Notes: generated from the letters alone by a model not told the origin. Counted from the first letter of the stretch, positions 31,222-42,541 are shown. The stretch: 64,000 nucleotides of DNA from Nitrosopumilaceae archaeon (GCA_965200155.1 CBDATR010000009.1:126287-190286); one strand, 5' to 3'. Program-made: numbers and translations.

Positions 31222-31389
31222 TAAAACGATATAAGCAGCTTGTAACTTTTGTGCAAGTTCATGTATGACTATGCATAATGGATTCCTGCAAGCAATCGTG
31301 CAATTGGCCTGTCAAGATCAAATCATGGATGTAAGGTAAGAGACCAGTACCACTTAACAGTTTTATCCAGCATGTAGCGTTATATTTTC

Positions 31390-31473
31390 GCAGAGGTCGC
31401 CTAGCCAGGTAGGGCGCGGGCCTTGAGAGCCTGTGTCAGCAATGACGCGGGGGTTCAAATCCCCCTCTCTGCG
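31390..31473 (+). tRNA. tRNA-Ser(TGA)
   Basis: Anticodon loop cttgaga, long variable arm, GGTTCAAATCC. Confidence 0.93.
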
Positions 31474-31565
31474 TACATTGGAGGTGATTCAAATAGGTCG
31501 ATCTCTCCGGAAGATTGTGAAAGTTGATATGTTTTAATTAAATATTGACCGAGTGGTTAAATACC

Positions 31566-33334
31566 TCAATAGTACGAAAAGTAAGTCCGCTTAGGATCCG
31601 GCGTACAGTAGTTCAGATTGCACAAGCCACGAAAGGCTATGGTAAAGAGAATAACAGAGGAATCAAGACAGTACATCATAAGACAGCACAAAAGAGGCGT
31701 TGCCGCAACCAAAATGTATGAGTTCACCTGTGTCTAAATTTACGCACAACTGATCGCGACAGTTAATGTGATTTGTGCACAAGATTCCGGAAGACGTGAA
31801 CTCATACACCAAAATAGCTCAAGATCTACACATCAGTTCAAGACACGTACGAAGATTGTGAACCAGAGGACGGGAACGACTCGAGTAAAGATGGGCAGGC
31901 CTATGATACCAATCACCGCCACCCAGATACGAATGGTAACTGAAGCAATACAGCAAGGATCCCGCCGGAGTAGTACGTATTGCAGAGGCTTAGACATGAT
32001 ACATATCGCGCAGTATATCACATAATGAAAAAGAACGGTACGACAGGATCATCACCTGCAAAGTCAGAGTGGGTACGCTATGAGCGTAAATATTCCAATA
32101 CAATGTGGCACTGGCATGTCGTGAAAGATGAGCGCTTCAGGGGACTGAATCTCATAGATGATGCATCCAGGTGTATAGTCGGGGCGGCACTATTCGAGCA
32201 TACAACCTCAGAGAACGCCGTTCTATTACTGAGACTGGCAATGAAACGATTCGGCGCCCCTGCATCTCGGATAACGGCGCGTGTTTCGTAGGACAATAAA
32301 AGGGCAAGAAAAGTTGGAAACCAACACTATTCAAGGAAGAACTGCTGGATCAAGACATCATACTAATCAATTCCAGACCATACCACCCGCAGACAAATGG
32401 CAAACTGGAGCGCTTCCATGGAATGATTGAGGACGAGGGGACTCTTATTTAAGAGTCCAACGAGATAGTATGAGTTCACCTGTGTCTAAATTTACGCATA
32501 ACTGATCGCGACAGTTAATGTGATTTGTGCATAAGATTCCGGAAGACGTGAACTCATACCTATATCTTAGTGAATGATCAAAACACGTGAACTCATACTT
32601 CTACCCGGCGCAAAGGTCATAATTCCATACAGGGGTAGGGAATCACTCACTAAAACTGAAAGGAATTACAACCAATATGTATCAAAAAGGCGCATATTAA
32701 TCGAGCATGTAATTCGAATGCCAAAGGTATATCGTAGATTAAGTCAGGTATATGATGGTAGTCGTGAGGAATTCCGGGAAGATCTACTCGTAGTATCCGG
32801 GTTGCATAATTTACACATTATGCACAAGCATACCAGGTACAAGAAATTCTTGAAAAATATCTGTATGAGTTCACCTGTGTCTAAATTTACGCACAACTGA
32901 TCGCGACAGTTAATGTGATTTGTGCACAAGATTCCGGAAGACGTGAACTCATACAAATATCTGTCCATAATTTCCGTGTTATTATAATTCGAATATTACT
33001 TATCAGAAAATCCACTAAATTAATGGGTTTTGTGGTAACCATTTGTATGAGTTCACGTCTTCCGGAATCTTATGCACAAATCACATTAACTGTCGCGATC
33101 AGTTATGCGTAAATTTAGACACAGGTGAACTCATACACGAGATATGGCATTATGACAGTCTCCGGGATTATGTTGACTACTACAATGAGAGAAGGTCGCA
33201 CTTCTCACTGGATATAGATAACGGCGAAACGCCGCTTCAGGAATAAAAAGGCGACCTAGACAATTAGGGCAAATGATGCAAAATGGATGGAGCGGGATGC
33301 CAATGACTAGCGGACCGACTTTTCATACATTACA
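31566..33334 (+). mobile_element. Decayed IS481-family element with MITE-A (31716-31807, TSD ACCAAAAT) and composite 32468-33136
   Basis: Fragments RYERKYSN.MWH, IDDASR, PQTNGKLERFH, YYNER; right end ...cattaca. Confidence 0.85.
32468..33136. mobile_element. Composite of inverted MITE-A arms (32468-32559, 33045-33136) carrying a 39-bp IS66 stub, an IS5 fragment and a nested MITE (32863-32954)
   Basis: TSD ACGAGATA on outer ends; nested TSD AAATATCT. Confidence 0.9.
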
Positions 33335-33765
33335 GATGATACTGAACTACAAAAGAAGGTAAAAGGATTGAATAAGGCCATACCAGGCATGTTCGTATTC
33401 CTAGAATATGACAGTGTGGAGCCGACCAACAATCCAGCGGAGCAGTGGAACCGGTTCTGATACGCGGTGGTATTCCGTAAGATTAGTGGCCAGATAAAGG
33501 GTGGTGAAAGGGCCATGCGCCGCATGTCCATATGTGTTCAGACATGAAGGGCTCAGGGCCTTTCTGTTATGAACGAGGTTGCTGCCAGAATGCAGTTATA
33601 ATTAAAAAAACTGGGATGCATTCTATCTTATTATGTGATCAAAACACGTGAACTCATACGAATTATGTATGAGTTCACCTGTGTCTAAATTTACGCATAA
33701 CTGATAGAACCGGTTACCAGTTAATGTGATTTGTACACAAGATTCCGGAAGACGTGAACTCATAT
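33335..33765 (+). mobile_element. IS66 right-end fragment (33335-33659) and MITE-A variant (33667-33765)
   Basis: Similarity to other copies. Confidence 0.88.
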
Positions 33766-33847
33766 TGAATTACGGCTATTCATGTTTTTGCCACCATTAG
33801 AGTCCAAAACAGAAATGATTTTTTATAACTAAATACTCACGACGCGT

Positions 33848-34045
33848 ATGAAGCGCTTTGCAACCCAAGAGATGGCAGTGAACCATGCCATGAATGAGAT
33901 TACAGCTGGTGTTATTGTGTATTTGTATGATGAAAATGATTCCCATGTTGTATCCAGTGAACAGCCGGATATACCATTTGTGGCGGCAGTACCAGGTGAT
34001 TCAATAGAGACCGTATCTGCACGATTTGGTAATTTGGTACGATAA
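33848..34045 (+). CDS. Small hypothetical protein
   Basis: ATG ORF after a TTTTATA box. Confidence 0.45.
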   Translation: MKRFATQEMAVNHAMNEITAGVIVYLYDENDSHVVSSEQPDIPFVAAVPGDSIETVSARFGNLVR

Positions 34046-35080
34046 TTATGCACTATTTTTTATTTCGGCGACCAGTTCATCGGTAAGACTAATCTTTTCG
34101 CGTATTGGCCTGACTATTTGTGTCAGGTATTTTGTTGCAGTACCCTTTAGGTCTACGGGATGTATTTTTCCTGAACCGTAATCCTGCTCCAGCATTTTGT
34201 AATTTTCATAGGATATATCGCCGCCAAATTTCTCTGCGCGTTCTATCACAATGTCATTAAATTCGTGAAATATTATGTGTCGGAATATTTCCAGTATTGG
34301 ATTATCCTGGATTTGGTTTTGGGGGCACCACGCCTTGGATATTTTTTTTCTTATCTGGGAGTCGGTATCATGCATGAATATACCCGAATTTGGATCCGAC
34401 TTGCTCATTTTTGGCGGATTGCCAGGCGAGGCCGGAGCACTCAAACCAGGCAGTAGTTTGTGATGTACGGCTACGGGTACCTTCCATTTCATTTTGGGAA
34501 ATATTTCCCGTACCAGCATGTGTATTTTTCTTTGATCCATTCCCGCGTGCATAATATCCAAATCCAGGGAATGAATATCCACTGCCTGCATGGGCGGGTA
34601 TAGTAGCTTTGCCAAATCAAGATTCTCGCTATCCGCTCGTCCCATTATTGTCAGAGCCCGCCTAGTACGGGCTAGTGACATGTGTCGGGTGAATTGTACT
34701 AGTTCACGCCAATAGTCCTTTTTCTCCTCATAAAGGCTGGTTCCCAGTACTATATTGGCATCAGGGCATACTGTTTGAAATGCATCAAGGTAATACTCCG
34801 ATACGCGGGATATGATATCCCAATCGGCACCAAGCTTATCGTTTATGATGGTATGCCAGTCTGCCAGAAATATGGTGCATTTTACCCCTGCCTTTATCAT
34901 ATCGTTTATCTTGAACCCAATACTGACCAAGCTGCCCAAATGCAGGAATCCTGAGATCTCCAGTCCAATGTAGTGTTTGGGCGATGATACAGTATCAAAA
35001 AGTCGTACAAGATCATCCTCGGTTACCACCTCCGCGGTAGGCTCCCTTTTGACCAGCTGTACCTTCTCCCACGTGTCCAT
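34046..35080 (-). CDS. tyrS: Tyrosyl-tRNA synthetase
   Basis: YIGLEISG.LHLG, YPPMQAVD, GMDQRK, KMSKS. Confidence 0.95.
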   Translation of the reverse strand: MDTWEKVQLVKREPTAEVVTEDDLVRLFDTVSSPKHYIGLEISGFLHLGSLVSIGFKINDMIKAGVKCTIFLADWHTIINDKLGADWDIISRVSEYYLDAFQTVCPDANIVLGTSLYEEKKDYWRELVQFTRHMSLARTRRALTIMGRADSENLDLAKLLYPPMQAVDIHSLDLDIMHAGMDQRKIHMLVREIFPKMKWKVPVAVHHKLLPGLSAPASPGNPPKMSKSDPNSGIFMHDTDSQIRKKISKAWCPQNQIQDNPILEIFRHIIFHEFNDIVIERAEKFGGDISYENYKMLEQDYGSGKIHPVDLKGTATKYLTQIVRPIREKISLTDELVAEIKNSA

Positions 35081-35293
35081 GATCTCGTTTCATAACTTGA
35101 ACCTATAAACTAATAGTTTCAGGTGCGGAGAGAACAAATCGATACACAGTAGAATGGAACAGTCTTCCCAAGTAATACCTTATTGTCACCAAAGTCTCAA
35201 TCTCAAACAGGTAGCAAAAATCCATGACCAAACAATATACAAAGAGATGACAAAATCCCAATTACTAAAAAGCCGGAGATTCACTAGAATCGC

Positions 35294-35360
35294 CACGAGT
35301 TCATAAACACCAGCGCAAATCACTGCTATCTTGAATAAATTTAGGCGCAGAAATTCATGT
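35294..35360. mobile_element. Highly eroded MITE-A relic
   Basis: gagttca..gcaaatcac..taaatttag..attcat in correct order. Confidence 0.35.
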
Positions 35361-35481
35361 ATTTGTAATTAGTACACAAGCACACATAATCCCACATCAT
35401 TTTAACGGAATGTATCAACAAACAGATACTGTGAGATCACTACTTCACACGACAAATTAATTAAACGAACTTGAGCCACAA

Positions 35482-37137
35482 ATGTTAATGAACAAGAGAG
35501 CCATACTGACCAGCGCCCTACCATACGCCAATGGCGAGATACATCTGGGTCATGTGGCATCAACATACATACCAGCGGATGTCACCAAGCGTTTTCTACG
35601 CATGAAAGGCGTGGATGCATATTATGTATGCGCCTCTGATGATTACGGAACTCCCATACTTATACAGTCTGAGCGTGAGGGCAAGAGCCCGTCTGAGTAT
35701 TCTGCATACTGGAATCAGAGGGATCTGGAGGATTTTAAGGAGCTTGACATTGATTTTGATTATTTCTACCGTACAAGCTCCTCGGAGAACATGGAATTTG
35801 TCCAATATGTGTTTAATAGGTTAAACCAGGCCGGTCACATATATCGCAAGGAGATTGTACAATATTACTGCGAGACGGACAAGAAATTTTTGCCGGATCG
35901 CTACGTCTTGGGGACATGCCCCCACTGTAAAAGCGAGAACCAATATTCGGATCTCTGCGAGAGTTGCGGGAATGTTCCTGATGCCATAATTAATCCGCAC
36001 TGCTCCATATGCGGTAATGCTCCGGTCAAGCGTCCCACTACACACTACTTTTTCAGGCTACGGAATTTCGCCGGCGAACTTGATGCGTGGCTGGAATCAA
36101 ATCATAATTTACAGGACGACGTGAAAAAATACGTCCGAAACTGGATTAAATCCGGCTTGGTAGACTGGGACATAACCAGGGACATATCCTGGGGCGTGCC
36201 CATACCGCTAAAGGAAGCTTCCGGCAAGGTCTTTTATGGATGGTTTGATAATCACCTGGCATACATATCATCCACCCTGAAATTTTTAAAAGATAATAAT
36301 CTGGACGGCAAGGAGTTCTGGAACTCTGCGGACATTTATCATTTCATAGGCAAGGATATTGTCTATCACCATTACCTGTTTCTTCCAGCCATGCGGCTGG
36401 GCATTGGTACAGAATACAAGCTGCCGGACTTTATTCCCACTAGGGGCCATCTTACGCTCCAGTCCAGGAAAATATCAAAGAGTCGCAACTGGTACATTGG
36501 ACTGCGGGAATTTCTATCATATTATCCCGCGGATTATTTACGATATTACCTACTCTCCATAACGCCCTTCTCGCAAGATGATCTTAATTTTGACTGGGGT
36601 GATTTTGCCACTCGCATAAATTCGGAGCTTATTGGAAATATGGGTAATTTCATAAACCGCTCCCTGGGATTTACAATACGCTCCCATGACGGCGTGGTAC
36701 CGGAACCGGATACAAACGACGACACAGATATGGAAGCCCGGAATAATATTACAAAACTGCACGAAACCATAGGAGCCCAGATGGAGCAGAATCATCTTGA
36801 TCGTGCGCTGAAAAAACTGATGGGATTTTGCTCGTTCTTTAACCAATATTTCCAGCACAAGGAGCCCTGGAAGGGCGAAAGTGGATCGCGCTCATGCATA
36901 TATTATTCAGTAAATGCAGTACGCAGCATTGCACTGGCATCATACCCATTTGTACCCCAGTCATCGGCCAGAATATTGAACCAGCTGGGAATGGATGGTA
37001 GTGCGGCTCAGCTGTCCTGGGATGACATGTCCAAAATAGCAATAAAACCCGGTCATAAATTGGGGCAGGTAGCCCCCCTCTTTAAAAAGGTGGATCAGAA
37101 GGACATTGACCGGCACAAGTCAAAACTGGATGGTTAA
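35482..37137 (+). CDS. metG: Methionyl-tRNA synthetase
   Basis: TSALPYANG.IHLGH, FIGKDIVYHH, KISKS. Confidence 0.97.
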   Translation: MLMNKRAILTSALPYANGEIHLGHVASTYIPADVTKRFLRMKGVDAYYVCASDDYGTPILIQSEREGKSPSEYSAYWNQRDLEDFKELDIDFDYFYRTSSSENMEFVQYVFNRLNQAGHIYRKEIVQYYCETDKKFLPDRYVLGTCPHCKSENQYSDLCESCGNVPDAIINPHCSICGNAPVKRPTTHYFFRLRNFAGELDAWLESNHNLQDDVKKYVRNWIKSGLVDWDITRDISWGVPIPLKEASGKVFYGWFDNHLAYISSTLKFLKDNNLDGKEFWNSADIYHFIGKDIVYHHYLFLPAMRLGIGTEYKLPDFIPTRGHLTLQSRKISKSRNWYIGLREFLSYYPADYLRYYLLSITPFSQDDLNFDWGDFATRINSELIGNMGNFINRSLGFTIRSHDGVVPEPDTNDDTDMEARNNITKLHETIGAQMEQNHLDRALKKLMGFCSFFNQYFQHKEPWKGESGSRSCIYYSVNAVRSIALASYPFVPQSSARILNQLGMDGSAAQLSWDDMSKIAIKPGHKLGQVAPLFKKVDQKDIDRHKSKLDG

Positions 37138-37879
37138 TGTGATTATTCCCCGAGTAACAACCCGCGGTTACTATGACCGCATGACTGGCGCAACCCGGAA
37201 ACGCAAAAGGTACGGCGTGTATCCGCCCAACCTGAAAAAGATACTGGTGGGCAGTGCGGAACTGGCTGTCATGGTGCACGGTATGCGTAATGATAGCGCC
37301 GGTGCTGCATCAAAGGTCCAGATAGCAAAAGAGTGCCTGTCCATTCTGGGGTATAAGCATCCCGTCATAGGGTTTAGCTACGATTCGGACATACCCGGCG
37401 CCCACAGGAGTGATAACAATGTCAAAACGCTGGAGACGGCCCGTATTATAGCGCACAAAAACGGCCATAACTTGGCCTGCTTTGTTATTGATTTTGCTCA
37501 TACGAACCCTCATACCAAAATCCGTCTTTTGGGCCACTCCCTGGGCTCGGAGGTAATTCTGTCCGCCATAATGTGGCTACATGATAACAACCACACAGAC
37601 ATGCTGGAGTCGGTCCACTTTTTTGCCGCGTCCATAAGGCGCCAGGATATACAAAAAGCCCAGATTAGTGCCATGAATAGAGTAATACGGGATTGTGTAA
37701 CAAATTATCATTGGCCCGTCGACGAGGTGCTTATGGAGGGGGAGACAGACGGAGTGAATCCGGAACCGGTGGGACTGAGAGGTATGACAGATGACACTGC
37801 AAAATGGACAGACATTATGGTGAGTCCGGCCAATCACAGATTCGCAAGTTATGCACCCATGTTGCAGTCATTCCCATAA
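37130..37879 (+). CDS. Alpha/beta hydrolase fold protein (DUF726/DUF900-like)
   Basis: VHG, LLGHSLG. Confidence 0.75.
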   Translation: MVNVIIPRVTTRGYYDRMTGATRKRKRYGVYPPNLKKILVGSAELAVMVHGMRNDSAGAASKVQIAKECLSILGYKHPVIGFSYDSDIPGAHRSDNNVKTLETARIIAHKNGHNLACFVIDFAHTNPHTKIRLLGHSLGSEVILSAIMWLHDNNHTDMLESVHFFAASIRRQDIQKAQISAMNRVIRDCVTNYHWPVDEVLMEGETDGVNPEPVGLRGMTDDTAKWTDIMVSPANHRFASYAPMLQSFP

Positions 37880-37920
37880 CTTGCACACTGCTATATAGCC
37901 CCCCTTGCACATCCACTGAC

Positions 37921-38961
37921 GTGAAACGGGTATTTGTTAATGGGTATGGTTCCATAGGCAGCCGAATAGCGTCATTTCTAAAAGACGATCCCAACGTGGA
38001 TGTAGTGGGAGTTGGCAAGTACTCTAATGATACCGCAGTCCAGGATGCAAAATCCAGGGGCCTGGACGTATACGTGCCGCATGAGCGCATGTCAAAGTTC
38101 GGATCCCATGCCACCGGCTCCATAGAGTCTGCACTGGACGCGTCAGACATGGTAATTGATGCATCGCCGGGCGGAATGGGCATGCGTAACAAGGAGAACT
38201 TGTACGATTCTCGGAACATACCCGTAATATATCAGGGTGGCGAGTCAGCCTTTGGCAGTGAGCGGGTATCGAATTTCATATTTAATTCCAGAATAAATTA
38301 TGCCGATGCCCTGGGCCGTCGTGACGCGATACAGGGCAGCTGCAATGTAACGGGTATGGGACGTATAATAGGACCGCTGCAGGAAAAGTATGGTAGCGAC
38401 ATTTTGCGTATAGACATAATGCTGGTGCGCCGATGGGCAGACATTGAACAGGCGGACAAGGCATTTCCTGATACCATACAGATGACGCCGGATCCCCATC
38501 ATGCCCATGATGCCAAGACATATCTTGGCGAGGAGACGCAGGTATATGTGCGGGCCATAAAGGTACCCACACGGCAGATGCACCTTCATGTAATGGATAT
38601 TCGGTTCTCCGGGGAGGCTCCGGTATCATCAGCCATACATGACCTGTATCGCACCGAGCGGGGTGTTGCATTACTACAGAATGCGCAGGATACCAAATCC
38701 GTCCGAGAGTTTGCCAACTCCATGGAATACTCTTTCCGGGACACCAACATGGTCCACATACATGCCAACATGACCGCCTCCCGAGGGGACACCATACAAT
38801 TGGTATACTCAGATGACCAAACGGGCATAGTGATACCGGAGAATCACATGCTTATGCAAGCCATGTTATACGGTACTAATTATGAGACTGCCCTGGCCCA
38901 TACCGAGTCCATATTCAACATGGAAGAGAGAAAGACTGCCCTGGAACAGCACTTTAACTGA
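37921..38961 (+). CDS. gap: Archaeal type II glyceraldehyde-3-phosphate dehydrogenase
   Basis: VNGYGSIG, YQGGE, SCN, VRR.AD, VIPEN. Confidence 0.93.
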   Translation: MKRVFVNGYGSIGSRIASFLKDDPNVDVVGVGKYSNDTAVQDAKSRGLDVYVPHERMSKFGSHATGSIESALDASDMVIDASPGGMGMRNKENLYDSRNIPVIYQGGESAFGSERVSNFIFNSRINYADALGRRDAIQGSCNVTGMGRIIGPLQEKYGSDILRIDIMLVRRWADIEQADKAFPDTIQMTPDPHHAHDAKTYLGEETQVYVRAIKVPTRQMHLHVMDIRFSGEAPVSSAIHDLYRTERGVALLQNAQDTKSVREFANSMEYSFRDTNMVHIHANMTASRGDTIQLVYSDDQTGIVIPENHMLMQAMLYGTNYETALAHTESIFNMEERKTALEQHFN

Positions 38962-40201
38962 CCTTGCTGATACGGACCCGCGCTACTTGGTGACCCATTG
39001 TCTTTTCCACCTTTATCTGGACATCCCCTATGTTTACAGAGTCGCCGGTACGGGGTATGGCCCTGAGTCTCTCGTGGAGTAATCCGTTTATTGTGACATA
39101 GTTCTTGCTCTCGGGAATGCGGGAGCCCAGGGTACTGTTAACCTTTGATATTTTGGTATCACCGTGGACCACCACTGCCTTGTCACTTACTGTGTAAAAC
39201 TCGGTCGTGGTTTCATCTATCTCATCCTCGATATCGCCAACTATGGTCTCTATAAGATCCTCCAGTGTGACCAAGCCTTCAACTCCTCCGTACTCGTCTA
39301 CCACTATGGCGATGTGTATCTTTTGCTTCCTCATAGATTTCAATAACGAGTTAACGGACTGGTTTGTGGACACGAATAGTGGCGATCGCGCCAGCTCCTT
39401 GAGGGTACGTGTCCTGTAATTTTCTACCACAACAGTCAGTATGTCCCTGACATGAACGAATCCTGTTATCTGGTCTACATTCTTGCCATAGACGGGTATG
39501 CGCGAATGCGTGGACTCGTTGATTAGTGGCAGGGCATCAAGTAGAAGTGTCTTTTCCGGAAGCGTAAACATCTTGGTCCTGGGCGTGACAAGGTTCTTGA
39601 CGGTTATGTCATCAAAGCGCAAGGCCCCATGTACCAGTTCGGTCTCCTCCTTCTCCAATGCCTTGTCTTTGAGGCCCTGCTCCACAATACCGCGTATCTC
39701 ATCCTCGGTGATCGGTGGTGTGTGATAGCTGCTTCCAGTCAATTTTACAATGAACTTGGTTATTGTCTCAAAGAGCTTTACCACCGGCCACAAGGCATAG
39801 CTAAATACAAGCAGGATTCCCGCACACCGCAGGGAAACCTTTGTGGCGTTGGCATTACAGTATGTCTTGGGGGTTATCTCGCCAAAGACCAGTATGAGCA
39901 GCGTCATTATCCCCACCGCAATGGCCAGTCCGCTATCACCGAATAGACGCAACGCCACACTGGTAGCAAAAGCAGAGGAGCCAACGTTAACAAGGTTGTT
40001 TCCCAAGTTTACACTGGACATCATCCAGCCGGGATTGGATTTTAGTTTGTAGAGAGCCTCGGCGCCACGAACCTTCTTCTCTTTTAGCTGGTTTACCTTG
40101 GAATCTCGCGTACCCACCAGTGCCACTTCCAGTCCACTGAAGAATGCCGATAAGCCAATAAGTGCAGCTAGTGCAACAATTTCTACCCACAGATCTACCA
40201 T
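38954..40201 (-). CDS. CNNM/CBS/CorC hemolysin-family transporter
   Basis: SAFFSG.E.AL, FGEITPK, VVDEYGG..GLVTLED. Confidence 0.93.
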   Translation of the reverse strand: MVDLWVEIVALAALIGLSAFFSGLEVALVGTRDSKVNQLKEKKVRGAEALYKLKSNPGWMMSSVNLGNNLVNVGSSAFATSVALRLFGDSGLAIAVGIMTLLILVFGEITPKTYCNANATKVSLRCAGILLVFSYALWPVVKLFETITKFIVKLTGSSYHTPPITEDEIRGIVEQGLKDKALEKEETELVHGALRFDDITVKNLVTPRTKMFTLPEKTLLLDALPLINESTHSRIPVYGKNVDQITGFVHVRDILTVVVENYRTRTLKELARSPLFVSTNQSVNSLLKSMRKQKIHIAIVVDEYGGVEGLVTLEDLIETIVGDIEDEIDETTTEFYTVSDKAVVVHGDTKISKVNSTLGSRIPESKNYVTINGLLHERLRAIPRTGDSVNIGDVQIKVEKTMGHQVARVRISKVS

Positions 40202-40305
40202 GTCCTACTCCCTTCATTCAGCGTCATTAGTTATGTAGACACCATCGTATACTGGTAGCTTAACCCACGCGTGTCATTTATTCTTTGTGCCCATGAGGTG
40301 CTGTT

Positions 40306-41688
40306 TCAATAGTACGAAAAGTAAGTCCGCTTAGGATCCGGCGTACAGTAGTCCAGATTGCACAAGCCACGAAAGGCTATAGTAAAGAGAATAACAGAGG
40401 AATCAAGACAGTACAACATAAGACAACGCAAAAGAGGCGTTGCCGCCACCAAAATAGCTCAAGACCTGAACATCAGTTCAAGACATGTACGAAGATTGTG
40501 AACCAGAGGACGGGAACGACTCGAGTAAAGATGGGCAGGCCTATGATACCAATCACCGCCACCCAGATACGAATGGTAACTGGAGCATACAGCAAGGATC
40601 CCGTATGAGTTCATCTGTGTCTAAATTTACGCATAACTGATAGAACCGGTTACCAGTTAATGTGATTTGTGCATAAGATTCCGGAATTAATAGTACGAAA
40701 AGTCCGCTTAGGATCCGGCGTACAGTAGTTCAGATTGCACAAACCACGAAAGGCTATGGTAAAGAGAATAACAGAGGAATCAAGACAGTGCATCGTAAGA
40801 CAACGCAAAAGAGGCGTTGCCACCACCAAAATAGCTCAAGACCTGAAACAAGACACGTGCGAAGATTGTGAACCAGAGAACGGGAACGACTCAAGATGGG
40901 CAGGCCTATGATACCAATCACCGCCACCCAGATACGAATGGTAACTGAAGCATATCACAAGGATCCCGCCGGAGTAAGTACGTATTGCAAAGAGGCTTAG
41001 ACATGATATATCGCGCAGTATATCGCATAATGAAAAAGAACGGTACGGCAGGATCATCACCTGCAAAGTCAGAGTGGGTACGCTATGAGCGTAAATATTC
41101 CAATGCAATATGGCACTGGCATGTCATGAAAAGATGAGCGCTTCAGGGGACTGAATCTCATAGATGATGCATCCAGGTGTATAGTCGGAGCGGCACTATT
41201 CTAGCATGCAACCTCAGAGAACGCCGTTCTATTACTGAGACTGGCAATGAAACGATTCGGCGCCCCTGCATCTCGGATAACGGCGCGTGTTTCGTAGGAC
41301 AATAAAGTGGCAAAAAGAACTGGAAACCCACTATTCAAGGAAGAACTGCTGAATCAAGACATCATACTAATCAATTCCAGACCATATCACCCGCAGACAA
41401 ATGGCAAACTGGAGCGCTTCCATGGAATGATTGAGGACGAGGGGACTCTTATTTAAGAGTCCAACGAGGGGACTCTTATTTAAGAGTCCAACGAGATATG
41501 GCATTATGACAGTCTCCGGGATTATGTAGACTACTACAATGAGAGAAGATTGCACTTCTCACTGGATATAGATAACGGCGAAACACCACTCCAGGAATAA
41601 AAAGGCGACCCAGACAATTAGGGCAAATGATGCAAAATGGATGGAGCTGGATGCCAATGACTAGCGGACCGACTTTTCATACATTACA
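40306..41688 (+). mobile_element. IS481 5' stub (40306-40602), truncated MITE-A (40603-40686) and decayed IS481 copy (40687-41688)
   Basis: Similarity to copies at 31566 and 59744. Confidence 0.87.
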
Positions 41689-41719
41689 TGCCCCTGACGC
41701 GTAATCAATAGTCCGGAAT

Positions 41720-41860
41720 GTAACCGTTTAGCTCACCCCGCGCAACTGTTCAAAACACACCGCCAACATATCCGTTCTTGCCTTTTCTATCATGTTACCT
41801 CACACATGTCCATGGATTTACCATCTAGGTGTTGATCTTTAACGCGACCTAAACGGTTAC
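41720..41860. mobile_element. MITE family B, intact 141-bp copy
   Basis: TIR GTAACCGTTTAG; 9-bp direct repeat GTCCGGAAT. Confidence 0.85.
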
Positions 41861-41948
41861 GTCCGGAATTATATTTGGTAACTTGGCGCATACGGCGCCA
41901 CTGCGAACTCAACCAAATGGTTATATACAAATTTGCATAATCGGTGTC

Positions 41949-42122
41949 ATGCCAAGATGGCCACCAAACTCGACGGACTTTACAGTCTCTGTAGTCCCCA
42001 ATGTTCGTTGTAATACATCGTACAGTTACATACCAAAGCCCATACTCAGCAAGCTGGGAAACCCCAAACGCATACAGTTTTCCATCAAGGACAATACGGT
42101 AATAGTAACTGCAGAAAATTAG
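41949..42122 (+). CDS. Small AbrB-like protein
   Basis: SYIPKPIL.KLG.P.RI.F..V.V. Confidence 0.6.
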   Translation: MPRWPPNSTDFTVSVVPNVRCNTSYSYIPKPILSKLGNPKRIQFSIKDNTVIVTAEN

Positions 42123-42135
42123 ATACGCTGCTTTT

Positions 42136-42399
42136 TTATTTTGTCTTTGTTCCTGAATTGCGGCTTTGCGCTTTTCTGTACTGCGTAATCTCTATCTCTA
42201 CGGTCATTAGAGGATCCTCGTTCTGGTTGCGCCGTATGGAGAGTAGCATGGGTTTTTCAAAATCTTTTGTACAGTCCGGGCAGGCATAGACAAGGACCCG
42301 ATGTTCGTTGGGCGCCTTGGGATTGGACAGCCGGGCATAATATACCAGGCGGGCACCGCAGTCTACGCAGTAACGGTTGGTCCGTCTAAGCCGAGCCAT
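42136..42399 (-). CDS. Small zinc-ribbon protein
   Basis: YCVDCG...ACPDC. Confidence 0.7.
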   Translation of the reverse strand: MARLRRTNRYCVDCGARLVYYARLSNPKAPNEHRVLVYACPDCTKDFEKPMLLSIRRNQNEDPLMTVEIEITQYRKAQSRNSGTKTK

Positions 42400-42464
42400 G
42401 AACAACATATGGTACATGACTATATTAGGTGCGCCATGTATGAACGGGTCGTGCCCGTGCAAAT

Positions 42465-42541
42465 TGGCGCCGCCCGACAGACTTGAACTGTCGACCGACG
42501 GATTAACAGTCCGCTGCTCTACCACGCTGAGCTAGGGCGGC
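42465..42541 (-). tRNA. tRNA-Asn(GTT), CCA encoded
   Basis: Anticodon loop ctgttaa. Confidence 0.95.
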
